DNA of 63,985 nt, the filler included, from Lenisia limosa (taxonomy: Eukaryota; Protista; Breviatea), in NCBI GenBank assembly GCA_001655205.1. It is 6 parts of 6 records of this genome, joined end to end, with 100 filler letters (N's around TTAATTAATTAA, not from the genome) between each part and the next. Parts side by side here need not be neighbours in the genome. Positions count along the whole stretch, not along the records: positions 33,641 to 43,899 come from LPNZ01004326.1; positions 44,000 to 60,072 come from LPNZ01009742.1; 4 more parts are not named here. One strand, 5' to 3'. This document shows, in pieces, positions 33,744 through 45,603 of the stretch; the first letter of the stretch is position 1; every line of letters begins with the position of its first letter. The notes under the pieces were generated by a model. That model was not told where the DNA came from and made no database searches. It saw nothing but the letters and a program-made list of their open reading frames with translations. The position numbers were made by a program, and so were the translations under genes.

Positions 33744-36700
33744 AAAACCGAGAACCGAATAAGACTTGCTGATGAGAAGGCTGAGGTTTGGGGACTGAGA
33801 GGTTTTATCAAGAGGGAATGTACTTGATATGTAAATGGAACAAAGACACATTGGAACACGGAGGACATCCAAATTGCCACTCCTGACATGATCATTCCAT
33901 TCATAAACGTTCACCCTTATAAAACACTATTCCCCTTGCTTCATTCATTCACATTCATTTCTGGTCCCTTTATACCCAGGCCGCGGCACTGCGGCAGAAG
34001 GCAGCAGAAGCGGCGGCTGCGGCGGCTGNNNNNNNNNNNNNNNNNNNNNNNNNNNNNNNNNNNNNNNNNNNNNNNNNNNNNNNNNNNNNNNNNNNNNNNN
34101 NNNNNNNNNNNNNNNNNNNNNNNNNNNNNNNNNNNNNNNNNNNNNNNNNNNNNNNNNNNNNNNNNNNNNNNNNNNTATATACAGTGACTGGGAAAAGTCT
34201 TGACCTGTTTTCCTTGGGAAATCACATAGCAAATCGGTCAAGACTTGTCCCATTCACTGTAAATATATAGCTATATTTAGCTATATGTACATATGTGGGT
34301 CCTCAAAGCTCCGGACAGCATTCAAAATTCACCGGACACATCAAAACTCCCGGACAGCCCCTTGTATGGGTCAACGGTAGTGTTTAATACAAAACTGATA
34401 AACCTCTTAATGTTCCCCAACTTTTTTTTTCAATTTTGAGCAAGTGTCAAAAATCCGTGAATTTGTTCTCTTGGGGGTGGCCCCTTTTGCCTTTTCACCG
34501 GATTTTTTTCTAAATATATCCCTCTTTTAGTGTTAAGAAACAAAAAATTTTACCCCTCGGAGTAATTGGTTATGGATTCCCCCTTGCTTTGGCTATGTAA
34601 TGGTGAATGTTCAAAATAGTGCTTTCTACAAGGTCAAACTTTCCCGGATAGTTGCCATTTATTCCNNNNNNNNNNCATAACGGTTTTGGTTATTTTTGGC
34701 AGTTTAAGGGCCGCAAACGGGTAGCCAAGTGACTTAATTTGGGTTTGAGCCAAGAATATGTAAAAATCGCCATCTATCCTGTGATTATGACTGAAATTAC
34801 TTTCGAAAAAAACATGAAAATGAAGTTTATAGTACTTTTATAGGGAAAATTCAAGCTGTCCGGGAGTTTTGATGAGTCCGGAGATTTTGAATTATGTCTG
34901 GAGCTTTGACTATATATATACAGTATATATTATTCCATCAAACATATAAACCACATTTTAGTACTTCCTTAGATTTGTGAGCGTGACTAATTCCCTCGCA
35001 GGTGTCGGAGGCAAACTCCACTCTCCAGAGTCTCAGAAAACGCGAAGAGGTGGGAGGATAGAGAGTTGAATTAGATCGAAAGTTGGATATTCTGGAAGCT
35101 GTTCTTTCTTTGTTTAAGGGCTTTTGCTTCACCTTTTTCACCGATTCCCTTAAACACCTCCCTCACTTTCCAGGACATATACACGAAGGAATCTGATCTG
35201 CTGTCTCTGGACACTGTTCTTCAGGCTCGAGAAAGTGCCTTGCAATCCAAGGTGCGTGTGAAGCCTTGTAACAGGATTTCTTGAAATATTTTGATCAACT
35301 CTTTTACATTTTCATCATAATCTCATCAAGATATTTGGCCCAAATTCTCCAATTTTACAGTTGATTTTGGGTTTTTTTGTTTCATAAATTGTCCAAATTT
35401 TACTCTCTCCAGTGCTTTTTTTTATTTTTTTTGTTTCATTCAGCCAACAGAGTTGACTTTGGGTTTTATGTAATACAATGCTCCTTTTTACTAAGTTCTT
35501 TTGTAGGTGGACGACCTTCAGAGCCGCGAGCAGCGTGTGCATGATGCCGAGGCCCGGGTTGAGCGGGACCAACACACTCTTGCCGATATGAGGGAACACC
35601 TTGAGGCCTCCCGTGACCAAATGGAGCATGAAAACAGAAGCCAAGTAGGGGGTGCAGTTGGCCATCTATCATTTTCAGAGCTTTCTCCAAGGAGTTGCTT
35701 TCGTATCAAAATCCTGACGTATTCAGGCTATGCGGCTGTCAGAGTCGATGCTCGCCGATAACTCGTCGAAGGCCGAAATTGCCAGCTCCCTTCAGGTTCG
35801 CACTTTGTTTTTCGTCTTCTAGTTAAATACACTTTAAGAGCTGAAACACAGTCATCTTTTTTGTTTTGTTTTTTGTTTTTCTATCTTTAAAGTTATGAGT
35901 GTTTTACTTTTCTATTCCCCCATAAGTCACCTCTTAGCGGCTGCAAGAGAGGGAACGCGCATTGGAACTTGAGGCCAACCAACTCGATATCCAAAACAAC
36001 AAGATCTCTTCTCTCGAGGCTCAGTGGCAGGGGCTATTATTTTTTTTTCTTGGTCCGAAATAATATGAGCATAGTTGTTACCTTCTATTTCCCAGCATTT
36101 CACAACCCTTGAATCAGCCCCTTATTCCGCAGGCTGAAGATGAAAGAAGACAACCTCAGAACTCAGGCCGGCATCATCGCATCAAAAACTGCCGACTTGG
36201 AGCGTCACGCCCGCGTCGGGGGGGGGGGTTCATATTATTTTGGATGAGTCAGATACACATATGATGCAGAGATAAAAAGGGTATTCTCACTCAATTGCAA
36301 ATTGTAGGGGACGCCACGAATACAGAAACATTACTTATTTCTACCTTTCTGGTGGATGCTACGACCTTTTTTTTTACTTTGAAACGGACTGATGTTGTAG
36401 GAAATTGACGAGGAGAAATCAAGCGTCAACCGAGCCAAATCCGAGGCTGAAAACCTCCTCAGACGCGCACGAGATAATGAAGCGGTATGCTGCCGTCATA
36501 GTATCGCTCAAACCATTTTCCACTTGCTGTATAAGGCAGTTTCGGCGCTACTTACTATTACAGGCAACTCGCGAAGCCCATCAGGCTATTGAATCGGACC
36601 GCCAACGGGCAGCCGACACTTTAGTTAGTGCCCAGGACCAGGCCAAGGAGGTTCAGAAGAGCCGCGAGGTTTGCTTCATTGGAGGCTTTCTTTGCGAGTA

Positions 36701-39700
36701 GCGTGATCTACACACACAATTGAACCATCTAATTGTTAAAACTTGTTTTTGTGGAACATCAAGCTATTTCCTCAAATGTTGTTTTTTTTTGTTATTTTGT
36801 CCAAATACTCCCTATACGCCCACATGTATCTCCTATACGCTCCAAAATGACGGTTCAGAGCGCCGAAGCCGCCAACCGCTTACTGGTCTCAGAGGCCGAA
36901 GCCATTCGAACTAACGCGCAGCAGGCTGCAGACCAGGCCAATAAACGGTGGGGGGTGGCGCTGTTTTGATAAGGCTGAGTTGTGGGCATGTACATATGTC
37001 TAAAAATCTCTTTAGAGAGGCAGAGTCGCACGCAACGCTCATGGCTGCGCGTGCTGAGGCGCAGGAACTGCTCACACGCACCCGAACTGAGGTGAGTAAG
37101 GAGGCAATATTGATTCAATCAGTACCCAAACAAGACAAGAACAAAAGCTCGACTCCACTAGCCAAATTGGTTCTTATTCAGTGGTACATTTTGAAAATTA
37201 AGAAGGATCCTTTGCTGTCACACTTACCATATTTAGGTTGACAGCAGCTTAGCACAGGCTGCTGCCGCCCAACAACAGGCAGAGGTGGGAGATTACTTGA
37301 CCATTTATCCATATCCATATCAATATCAATAAAATGCCCTCTCTGAGGAATACCGAAACTTCAAGAAGTATGTTGATGCTGACGGCATAGTCGGCTCTGA
37401 GTCAGAGGGAGGCTTTGGTTGCACAAAAGGAGGCAACTTTACAATCGCAAACCCAGGCTATCACAGAGGTTTGCTTGGATGCTTGTCAGGGGTTATCCAG
37501 TAGCATGTAAGAAGGCACGTGGTGGTAAAAACTGATATTATGCTCTCTTTTATCTTATTCTCTACTTCCCCTTAGTTGCAGTATTAACTCCCCTGTGGAC
37601 GGCTTTGGCCAGATACAACCTTATTCTTTGTTTCCCAAAGATATATTATATACTACATACATATATATGATTTAAACCATCTCCAGCCCCCAATGCCTCT
37701 TTCTATCCCTCCTCAATTGGCATTTCACGCTCCAGAAGGCCAGCCAGCAAGCCGAGCTGCGTATTGCCGAAGCCACGACCCAGGCCGAGGACATTGTCAG
37801 TGCTGCTCAGAGGGAGGCGAGTGCGAGACGCGAGGCTGCTAACCTCGAAGTCAAGGTAAGCCTGGTCTTGACCCAAAATACAAATACCACCACGTACCTT
37901 TGAGATGGGAGAGTGACCACCACGTACCTTTGAGATGGGAGAGTGACCACCAACCTTTGAGATGGGAGAGTGGCCACCAACGTACCTTTGAGATGGGAGA
38001 GTGGCTAGTAAAAGGGCCGAAGTTGGGTGTTGAGGCTGCTGGTGCATTTTGTTGAGAGATTATTTAGACGTATTTTTTTTAACAAAAGCAATAATATAGA
38101 ACTCTTGGGAAACAGATAAATACATGTATTTCTTGCGCTCACATAGCATTGGGCTGAGTAGGGCTTCCCTATGGTCCGAAAAAGACCGGTAATATATCGA
38201 GAATTTATCGATCATTTATCGAGAAATTCAGTGTTTTTTGGGACCGCAGGAAAACCCTAGCCATGAGCGCCATCTAACCCGACTTCAGGCCGACCGTACG
38301 AGCCAGGCGGCGGAGAGGAGAGAGCTCACTGAAGGCCTTGGTAAATTGGCCCAGGAAAAGGCCGAGCTTGCCAGGGTGAGGAGCCAACTCGACCAAGCCA
38401 AGGTGGGCCGTGGCACTCTTGAAACACTTAATATTGTTTCAATTCATGGAGAGCAATTTTGGTTTGCTTGCCATGTTTGTGATACTACCTGAAAACAATA
38501 GCTTATACAGCAAGCGATACGATATCGCCTGAAGCACCGTTATTAATCGACAGGCTGATATGGAGGCGGAGAGGTTGGCGCACACTGCCGATGAAGTTTC
38601 CATCACCGCCCTGAAGCAGAAGCTGAGAGAGGTATGCTGGCTATTCTGGACTACAAAAGGTGAAACAAATATTGAGAATGCGTATATAATATAGTGAGTA
38701 TTCGCCCCTCTTAAGTAACTGTTGGTGCCCATAGATAGACGCATGGACCTTTCAACCCTCACCCATTGACCGCTTTGCAGCTTGAAAAGGCGTCGTCCTC
38801 CGAAATCCAGGGTCTCCTCCAGGCAAATGCGGATACTAAACGCAGCCTTGAGAAGGAGGTTGAGGCAGCAAAGAAGAAAATGGAGGAGGTCGGTGTTGCT
38901 TTGATTCCCAAAAATAATGATCAAGATATATCACCTTGCCTCCTTGTTGATAGAGCAGATTGTGTGGTTCTTTGGTTCGTGATTTTATTTTGTTCACCCC
39001 TCCCCCCAGGTCATAGCCACATCGTCAGAGGCTGAGAAGAAGGCGCGGGAAGCGGAGGAAAAGACCTCCGTCTTCCTGGAGGAACTGAAGAAAAACGAAG
39101 AGGAGTTTAACATTGCCCGAGTAGGGGGCAAATAATGTGAATTTTATTGTTATCTTCCATATATTCACCACCACCTCACATTTGCTAATCCCCCAGGAAG
39201 AAGTCTTGAACGGCCTCAATGCCCGCGAGATGGAGCTTCGCATGCTCGATGCCAAGGTGGAGGAGGAACGCAACATGCTCATCGTCCAGCTGGAGACCGC
39301 TGAAAACAAGGTCTGGTCATGGGAGGTATTTTGTTTATTCAACAGTATATCTTATGGTATGATATGTATGTGGGGCAGAAAGAAGGGGGCATGAGGGGGC
39401 ACTGTGTGAGAGACCATTCATGTAGTGTTGGTATTTTTTAGACCTATTTCAACACCACACTTATCATATTAGGGAGCCAAGCTTCTTTCCGATCTGTCCG
39501 TCAACGGCAGCATCTCACAAAACGAAATTAAGGGTCTGGGGGGGGGGGCTACTTTGGGGTTTCATTTCATTTTACCAAAAGGGGTTCATAAGTGACCTCT
39601 TGACCGATTTGCTATGTCATTTCCCAGGGAAAATCGGTCAACACTTATCCCGGTCACTGTATTATACATGATGTATTGATTTAGCAATTTGACAAGGATT

Positions 39701-40931
39701 GATGTCGTCATCAGAACCGTGTCCTGACCACCCAGGTTTACTGCAGTCCCAACGATCCTCCATGAGATCTATGATCGACCGTATGGCCTCTACGCGGACT
39801 TATTCGGACAACCAGAGTGAAATGGCCTTGTCACGTGACTACTTCAGCACCCCGGCCCGTGATGGTGTTTCAAAGTCTGCCAACCGGGTGTAACACTCTA
39901 TACAATATCTATTAACAAGAAGTCCAATATATGGGGGGGGGGGTGACAACAGTGAAGATGTCATACATGTATATTTGTGCATATTTCTAGTAACCTTCCT
40001 GTTTGTCCCTTTTACTGTGTTAGCCCTCAGAGTATGACTCAGTCCGCTCGTCGTGTGCTTTTCTCCCATGAACGTAAGGGGGAATCTTTACCTTCTCATA
40101 TTGTTAAGATAATGATAAGCTTTTGTCACTTATTTCTCCCCATTCGTACCTTCATCTCCCTCAGACTCTCCTGCCACCTCAAGAAGACTGCCTTTTACTG
40201 TAGGCAAACGGGCGGTCTTATGCATTAACTCATCATTTCCTGTTTTTTTTTTCTTATGGGAAGTACCCCCCCCCCCTACCGNNNNNNNNNNNNNNNNNNN
40301 NNNNNNNNNNNNNNNNNNNNNNNNNNNNNNNNNNNNNNNNNNNNNNNNNNNNNNNNNNNNNNNNNNNNNNNNNNNNNNNNNNNNNNNNNNNNNNNNNNNN
40401 NNNNNAAATTTTCCATTCCCATCACCCCCGCAGGCAACAGGTCAGTCCAGCATAGCGCCAAACCCGGCCGCAGTGGATAGCCCGCTCACTGCCGCAGCTC
40501 TCAAATCGCGAGGCACCCCGAGGAACCCTGGTGGGCGGAATAGTAATAAAGCAATATTGGAGAGGTGGGTGACATAGTAATAAAAGCAATATTGGAGAGG
40601 TGGGTGACATAGTAATAATAGCAATATTGGAGAGGTGGGTGGCATTATCTCCGGCCTGGGGTTCTTTATTGTTCTGTTGACTGCTCTCAGTAACGCCGCG
40701 ACCCCTTGCTTCTACAGTCGCTTCCAACCTGGTTGATAATTTGTTCCAGTATGAGGGGGTTTGAAGGTATAACTCTGGAGGGTGCCTTGTGAACTGTCAA
40801 TGCTAAATACTGCATCCTACTTAAGTTTTATATTTTGACGCTATTCTTAAGCTATTCCTTATTCCTGCATCTATTCATGTTTATGCCTGACACTTTAGGC
40901 CCCGAGCAACAGGCAGCCGAATGTCCACTAA
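33744..40931 (+). CDS. Long coiled-coil protein (many phase-0 exons) with Ser/Pro-rich C-terminus; 5' truncated
   Basis: Heptad-rich exons such as VDDLQSREQRVHDAEARVERDQHTLADMREHLEASRDQMEHENRSQ, KASQQAELRIAEATTQAEDIVSAAQRE and EEVLNGLNAREMELRMLDAKVEEERNMLIVQLETAENK. The 3' end is approximate. Confidence 0.8.
34182..34259. mobile_element. Tc1/mariner-type MITE (CAGTG termini, TA flanks)
   Basis: TA|CAGTGACTGGGAAAAGTCTTGACC...GGTCAAGACTTGTCCCATTCACTG|TA, TIR 22/24 identical. Relatives at 39591-39659 and 58653-58721. Confidence 0.88.
34303..34909. mobile_element. Non-autonomous DNA transposon-like element of about 607 bp with about 55-bp imperfect terminal inverted repeats
   Basis: 34303-34358 (TCAAAGCTCCGGACAGCATTCAAAATTCACCGGACACATCAAAACTCCCGGACAGC) is inverted at 34855-34909. 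No ORF inside. Intronic. Confidence 0.75.
37887..38005. repeat. Intronic 30-bp minisatellite, 4 copies
   Basis: CCACCACGTACCTTTGAGATGGGAGAGTGA and variants. Confidence 0.92.
38159..38259. mobile_element. hAT-type MITE abutting/overlapping a coding exon
   Basis: TAGGGCTTCCCTATGGTCC...GGACCGCAGGAAAACCCTA with flanks GGGCTGAG / GCCATGAG (5/8 match). Confidence 0.85.
39591..39659. mobile_element. Tc1/mariner-type MITE, left TIR partly deleted, opposite orientation to 34182
   Basis: CTTGACCGATTTGCTATGTCATTTCCCAGGGAAAATCGGTCAACACTTATCCCGGTCACTG|TA. Confidence 0.82.
40531..40641. repeat. Intronic 34-bp tandem repeat, 3 copies, starting at a splice donor
   Basis: AGTAATAAAGCAATATTGGAGAGGTGGGTGACAT repeated. 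Confidence 0.9.
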
Positions 40932-41121
40932 GTGGGTGGAATTTAGGCTTTTCATTGCACTTTGCATTCAACATCTCTAAATATGTGACGATTAACCTTC
41001 CTTCTCTCTAATTATTTCAGTCGNNNNNNNNNNNNNNNNNNNNNNNNNNNNNNNNNNNNNNNNNNNNNNNNNNNNNNNNNNNNNNNNNNNNNNNNNNNNN
41101 NNNNNNNNNNNNNNNNNNNNN

Positions 41122-41330
41122 NATTGATATTTTGTGCACCCACTTGCCCCTCACCCCCCACCCCCAGGAGTTTACGGCGGCGTTTCGATGAGAGCTTAAT
41201 GTCGTCTGATTCCGACTTCCGCGCCTCCAAACTCTTCAGCGACTCGTCAATGTCTGAGTAGTTAATATGGCCTTTGTAACATTCTGCTGCTCTTGTACCA
41301 TATTTTAGGTTTCTATTTATTACCATGTAA
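41122..41330 (-). CDS. Possible coding exon of an unresolved gene
   Basis: Stop-free GC-richer segment YKGHINYSDIDESLKSLEARKSESDDIKLSSKRRRKLL followed by a GT donor. Neighbouring exons were not resolved. Confidence 0.35.
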
Positions 41331-41770
41331 GGTTGTATTGTAATGTATTTTTAGTGTATCATTTCGGAGTCTCAGCCACTCAAAGTTTCCATGTTATTCA
41401 AAGAATTTGAGAAAGGAGACCTGATGCGGCCAGGTTTCTTTTCTAAATGTTACCTGAAAACGCAAAATTTCAAAAAATATAAAATCATAAGTAAAGTATT
41501 GGAGCTTCATTGAAAAAGGCAGGATGAACACAACTCGCTCCACAAAAGACCTCTTTGAAAAAGCACTCGGAACTGCCCAGGAATATTATTTCATTTCTGA
41601 TACACAAACCCTATGATTTGTGCTTATTTCCGGAAATGGGAATATATTTTTTAATTTTTTTTGTCGAACACTCTTTCAACTTCTAAAAGTACATTGATTT
41701 TAAGAAAGAAAGAAACAGAGAATTTCAAAAATGGAAACATCAACAAACAAATTTTACCTCTAACTACTAC

Positions 41771-43899
41771 CTAGCCGTCCACACTAGCTACCGTGACCAT
41801 GTTACCGGGGTCATCCTCGTCAACCTATATCAATTAGATGGATATTGAACTCCACTGGTTCTACACCAAAGAAATTAAAGGGAATATTGAGGTACTGTCC
41901 AACTACAATCTACAATAGGACTTTCCTTTGCCTGCTTGGGTTGAATATAATAAGAGTTACCGAGAAATTCTGTCTTTTTTGAGACTGTAGTGAATCCCTA
42001 TTGCCAACCTTTTTGATCTCCTTTGGAGCCTCGTCCTCGACCACAGGTTGGGCAAGGCCCCATTCAGCATAGTCCGCATCGCCGCCGCAACCTCCACCCT
42101 GAAGTCGTGACATCGACAAAAAGCGGCATTAACACCCATCAACTTGGTACCAACACACACCCATCTTAGACACGTACACCCACCTTAGACACGTACACCC
42201 AGGCCTGCATCATCGCTTTAATGCCGCAGAAGATACCGAGTACGACCACAACCGCTCCAATAGCGTCTAAAGGCGCTGCCACCCACACCGCGATGCCCAA
42301 ACCTGAGTGAGATAACTATTTGCGGGTCTTTAATGCTTCTCTTCACTGTGGACGAACATAAAATACAATACAGCAAACTTGGCAGCAGAAACCCTACCGG
42401 CTAAAAGAGAGTCGGCAATGAAGTTCCAGCCCGCGAGGCCATACGAAGGTTTCACCCGGCATGCCATCACCTGCGGTAGTTAAACACTAAGTTATTATAT
42501 TTGGGCTTTCTGAGTAGCTCGTGGACGTTTTGAAAGACTAAAATAGCGTATTTGACTCTTATTTAGAAAATTCGAGTCTGCTTTTGATCTTGGTCTTTAC
42601 CCCCTAGGCCCACCATGACGCCCGGCAGCCACACGCAGCCGAGGCCGACAGCAGTCACGCGCAACATACTCAAAACACTACTTGGCGAGGTGCGGAGTGC
42701 GTAGCCAATCTAGGAAGGGGGATTGGAAAATTTATGAAACGAAAAAAAAGCCCAAAATCAACTCTGTTGGCTGACGACNNNNNNNNNNNNNNNNNNNNNN
42801 NNNNNNNNNNNNNNNNNNNNNNNNNNNNNNNNNNNNNNNNNNNNNNNNNNNNNNNNNNNNNNNNNNNNNNNNNNNNNNNNNNNNNNNNNNNNNNNNNNNN
42901 NNNNNNNNNNNNNNNNNNNNNNNNNNNNNNNNNNNNNNNNNNNNNNNNNNNNNNNNNNNNNNNNNNNNNNNNNNNNNNNNNNNNNGATCAGAAAATGTTG
43001 TTTGTGCAATCTCTACCAAGGGTTCAAGAAGGAAGGAGATAAAGGTGGGTAATCTCAGGTTAAGTTTGACAAAACCTCCCAAAAAGCATGATAATACGGC
43101 AACACTCACCACAATGACACTCAGCAGCTGCACCGAAAGACTTGCCAGCCACCACGATCCGAACAGTACCCCGTCCTTTCCCTTGAGGTTCAACATGTCC
43201 CATGTGTCGGGTGTTGTCACGTCCTGGGCGATGAGAAGATTTACCAGGGTTGAACGACAACGGGTCCATGCAATTTATTATTGAAATTAATTGACAAAAT
43301 TGGAAATTAAAGTGTCTGAAATTGATTCTACAATACAATGTGTTTCACTTCAAATTTTGAATTATTATTTGAATTGCACAGCGTCCTAAAGATAACTCCA
43401 ATGATTTGCCCCACATACCTTGAGATGGTATGCAATGTCTGCACCAAGCACAAAGACAGGAAAGAAGGCTGCAGGGCGGAGAGTAGGGCCTTAAGAGCAA
43501 AGTGAGGGTTGCGTATTAGTTTTGCATGGATTGAACTGAACATTTGGCATAAGAGAACCCCCCATACCAAGTACGAAGTAGGTTGTGAGCAGTCCACACT
43601 GGAGACTTGCATACAGCAGGTGGTATGAGGGGAAAGGAGGGGCCTATACAGTCAGAGACAAGCTTCTTGGAGCACTGATGTTTTAAAGAAAATAAAAGAC
43701 ATGCAATAATACCGGGGAAAAGACCCCCCTTGCCACCTTGTAGTATATTATATACACCATCACGCTTATAATAGATCAGATATTGGATTATAGTATAATA
43801 TTAATTCACCAAATCATTTGCCTTACAACTCGCAGCTTTCTGCGTGCCTCAGCATACCTCGTAGTACAGGAAGGCAGCGGATGCGAAGAGTGACCCGAT
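41771..43899 (-). CDS. Multipass membrane protein of unknown function, 5' truncated
   Basis: Hydrophobic exons IGSLFASAAFLYYE, ALLSALQPSFLSLCLVQTL, FGSWWLASLSVQLLSVIV, VTAVGLGCVWLPGVMVGLG, AGWNFIADSLLAG and LGIAVWVAAPLDAIGAVVVVLGIFCGIKAMMQAW, then an acidic tail ending VDEDDPGNMVTVASVDG*. Confidence 0.65.
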
Positions 43900-43999
43900 N
43901 NNNNNNNNNNNNNNNNNNNNNNNNNNNNNNNNNNNNNNNNNNNTTAATTAATTAANNNNNNNNNNNNNNNNNNNNNNNNNNNNNNNNNNNNNNNNNNNN

Positions 44000-45218
44000 T
44001 TCCATGGTTCAGTTCATGACTGTGCCCAATTGGACGTTCGCGTTTCAATGTGCAGAAGTGGGGGAGGGTTGGTCTAATGAGAGAGGTGGGGTTAATAGAC
44101 ACACATGACACTCTCATTGTTCGTACTGAAATGAGCCCCCAATCATATCAAAGACCACTTCCATTTGGTTTTCACAGGCAACGAGTGTTCTTTCGGCAGT
44201 CTTATGACTCTTCAGACTGCTGTTGCGTCGTATACTGACAGCAAAACTACAAGTTCCATCTTCCAATCCGCCCACACCATCGTTCATATGGGTAAGCTAT
44301 AGCTCAATATTTCCATCATAATGACATATTATATCATATGAGCTGACATTATTGGGTGGTGTCAGTGTGATGAGTTGTATGAAGCCTCTTTGGGGGGGGG
44401 GGGNNNNNNNNNNNNNNNNNNNNNNNNNNNNNNNNNNNNNNNNNNNNNNNNNNNNNNNNNNNNNNNNNNNNNNNNNNNNNNNNNNNNNNNNNNNNNNNNN
44501 NNNNNNNNNNNNNNNNNNNNNNNNNNNNNNNNNNNNNNNNNNNNNNNNNNNNNNNNNNNNNNTCAAAAAAATAACCAAAAACTCTTCCGGTTTGCAGGAC
44601 ATCACCTTTTCAGTAATATAGTATTTGAGAATGGTTTTGTAGTTGGAGAATTATTTTTTCGAGATAACACTTTTACTGTTTACAATAAATCTTTTTCCTA
44701 GTTTTTGTTTACGTTTTAGATATATAGTGTCTCTGGTGGTTCGGCCTGAAGTTTCCCTCTCCGCTTCTACGCAGGTGAGGAGGAGGGGTGCGATATATGA
44801 AACATCAACATGGGATTTATTTGAAATGTTTATCTATCCGAGCTGATGGGGCTTATTTGAAATGTTTATCCATCTGAGCTGATGGGACTTATTTGAAATG
44901 TTTATCCATCCGAGCTGATGGGACTTATTTGAAAAGTTTATCCATCCGAGCTGATGGGGCTTATTTGAAATGTTTATCCATCCGAGCTGATGGGGCTTAT
45001 CTGAAATGTTTATCCATCCGAGCTGATGGGGCTTATTTGAAATGTTTATCCATCCGAGCTGATGGGACTTATTTTTTATTGTCACACCAGTTGTCCACCC
45101 CAGAGGTCTTCAACACCAGTTGTCCATCACTCTACAGGTCTTCAACACGTTCAAGCGCAAGGCTGCCGTGAATCTAGCAGCCCGCCTTGTTGCTCTTGCT
45201 TCGGAGGCTAAGTCCTGA
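44000..45218 (+). CDS. 3' part of a small uncharacterised alpha/beta protein
   Basis: In-frame exons SMVQFMTVPNWTFAFQCAE|TAVASYTDSKTTSSIFQSAHTIVHMG|GHHLFSNIVFENG|YIVSLVVRPEVSLSASTQ|VFNTFKRKAAVNLAARLVALASEAKS*. Confidence 0.6.
44811..45074. repeat. Intronic 36-bp minisatellite, about 7 copies
   Basis: TATCCATCCGAGCTGATGGGGCTTATTTGAAATGTT repeated without spacers. It explains the 12-aa repeat ORFs in the track. Confidence 0.95.
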
Positions 45219-45603
45219 TGTCATGTCTTTTGAATATATTCTGATTTTATTTTTACGGGGAATTTCCAGGTATTTGGGTATTCATTTGATTTTAATCTAG
45301 CATTGTATTAATATGTAAGTTGACAAGACACAGCAGAAATTTACCAATACCCCTCACCCACAAGTGAAACGAGTACCAAACAATATTACCACATTACCAC
45401 AGGTGTACTACAGTATTACTAAACGATTAAGAATTTGAAGAAAATGCTGTTGGGATTTTATGATCAACAGATCCTGTTATCAAGCCAAAACACCAATCTG
45501 ACACCAATACAATAATACAATAATAAATCTCTAAAATCTAAATTATCTCCTCACCTCCTCACAGTCACAGTAATAAATAAGCAACTTTAATAAATTCGGT
45601 GAA

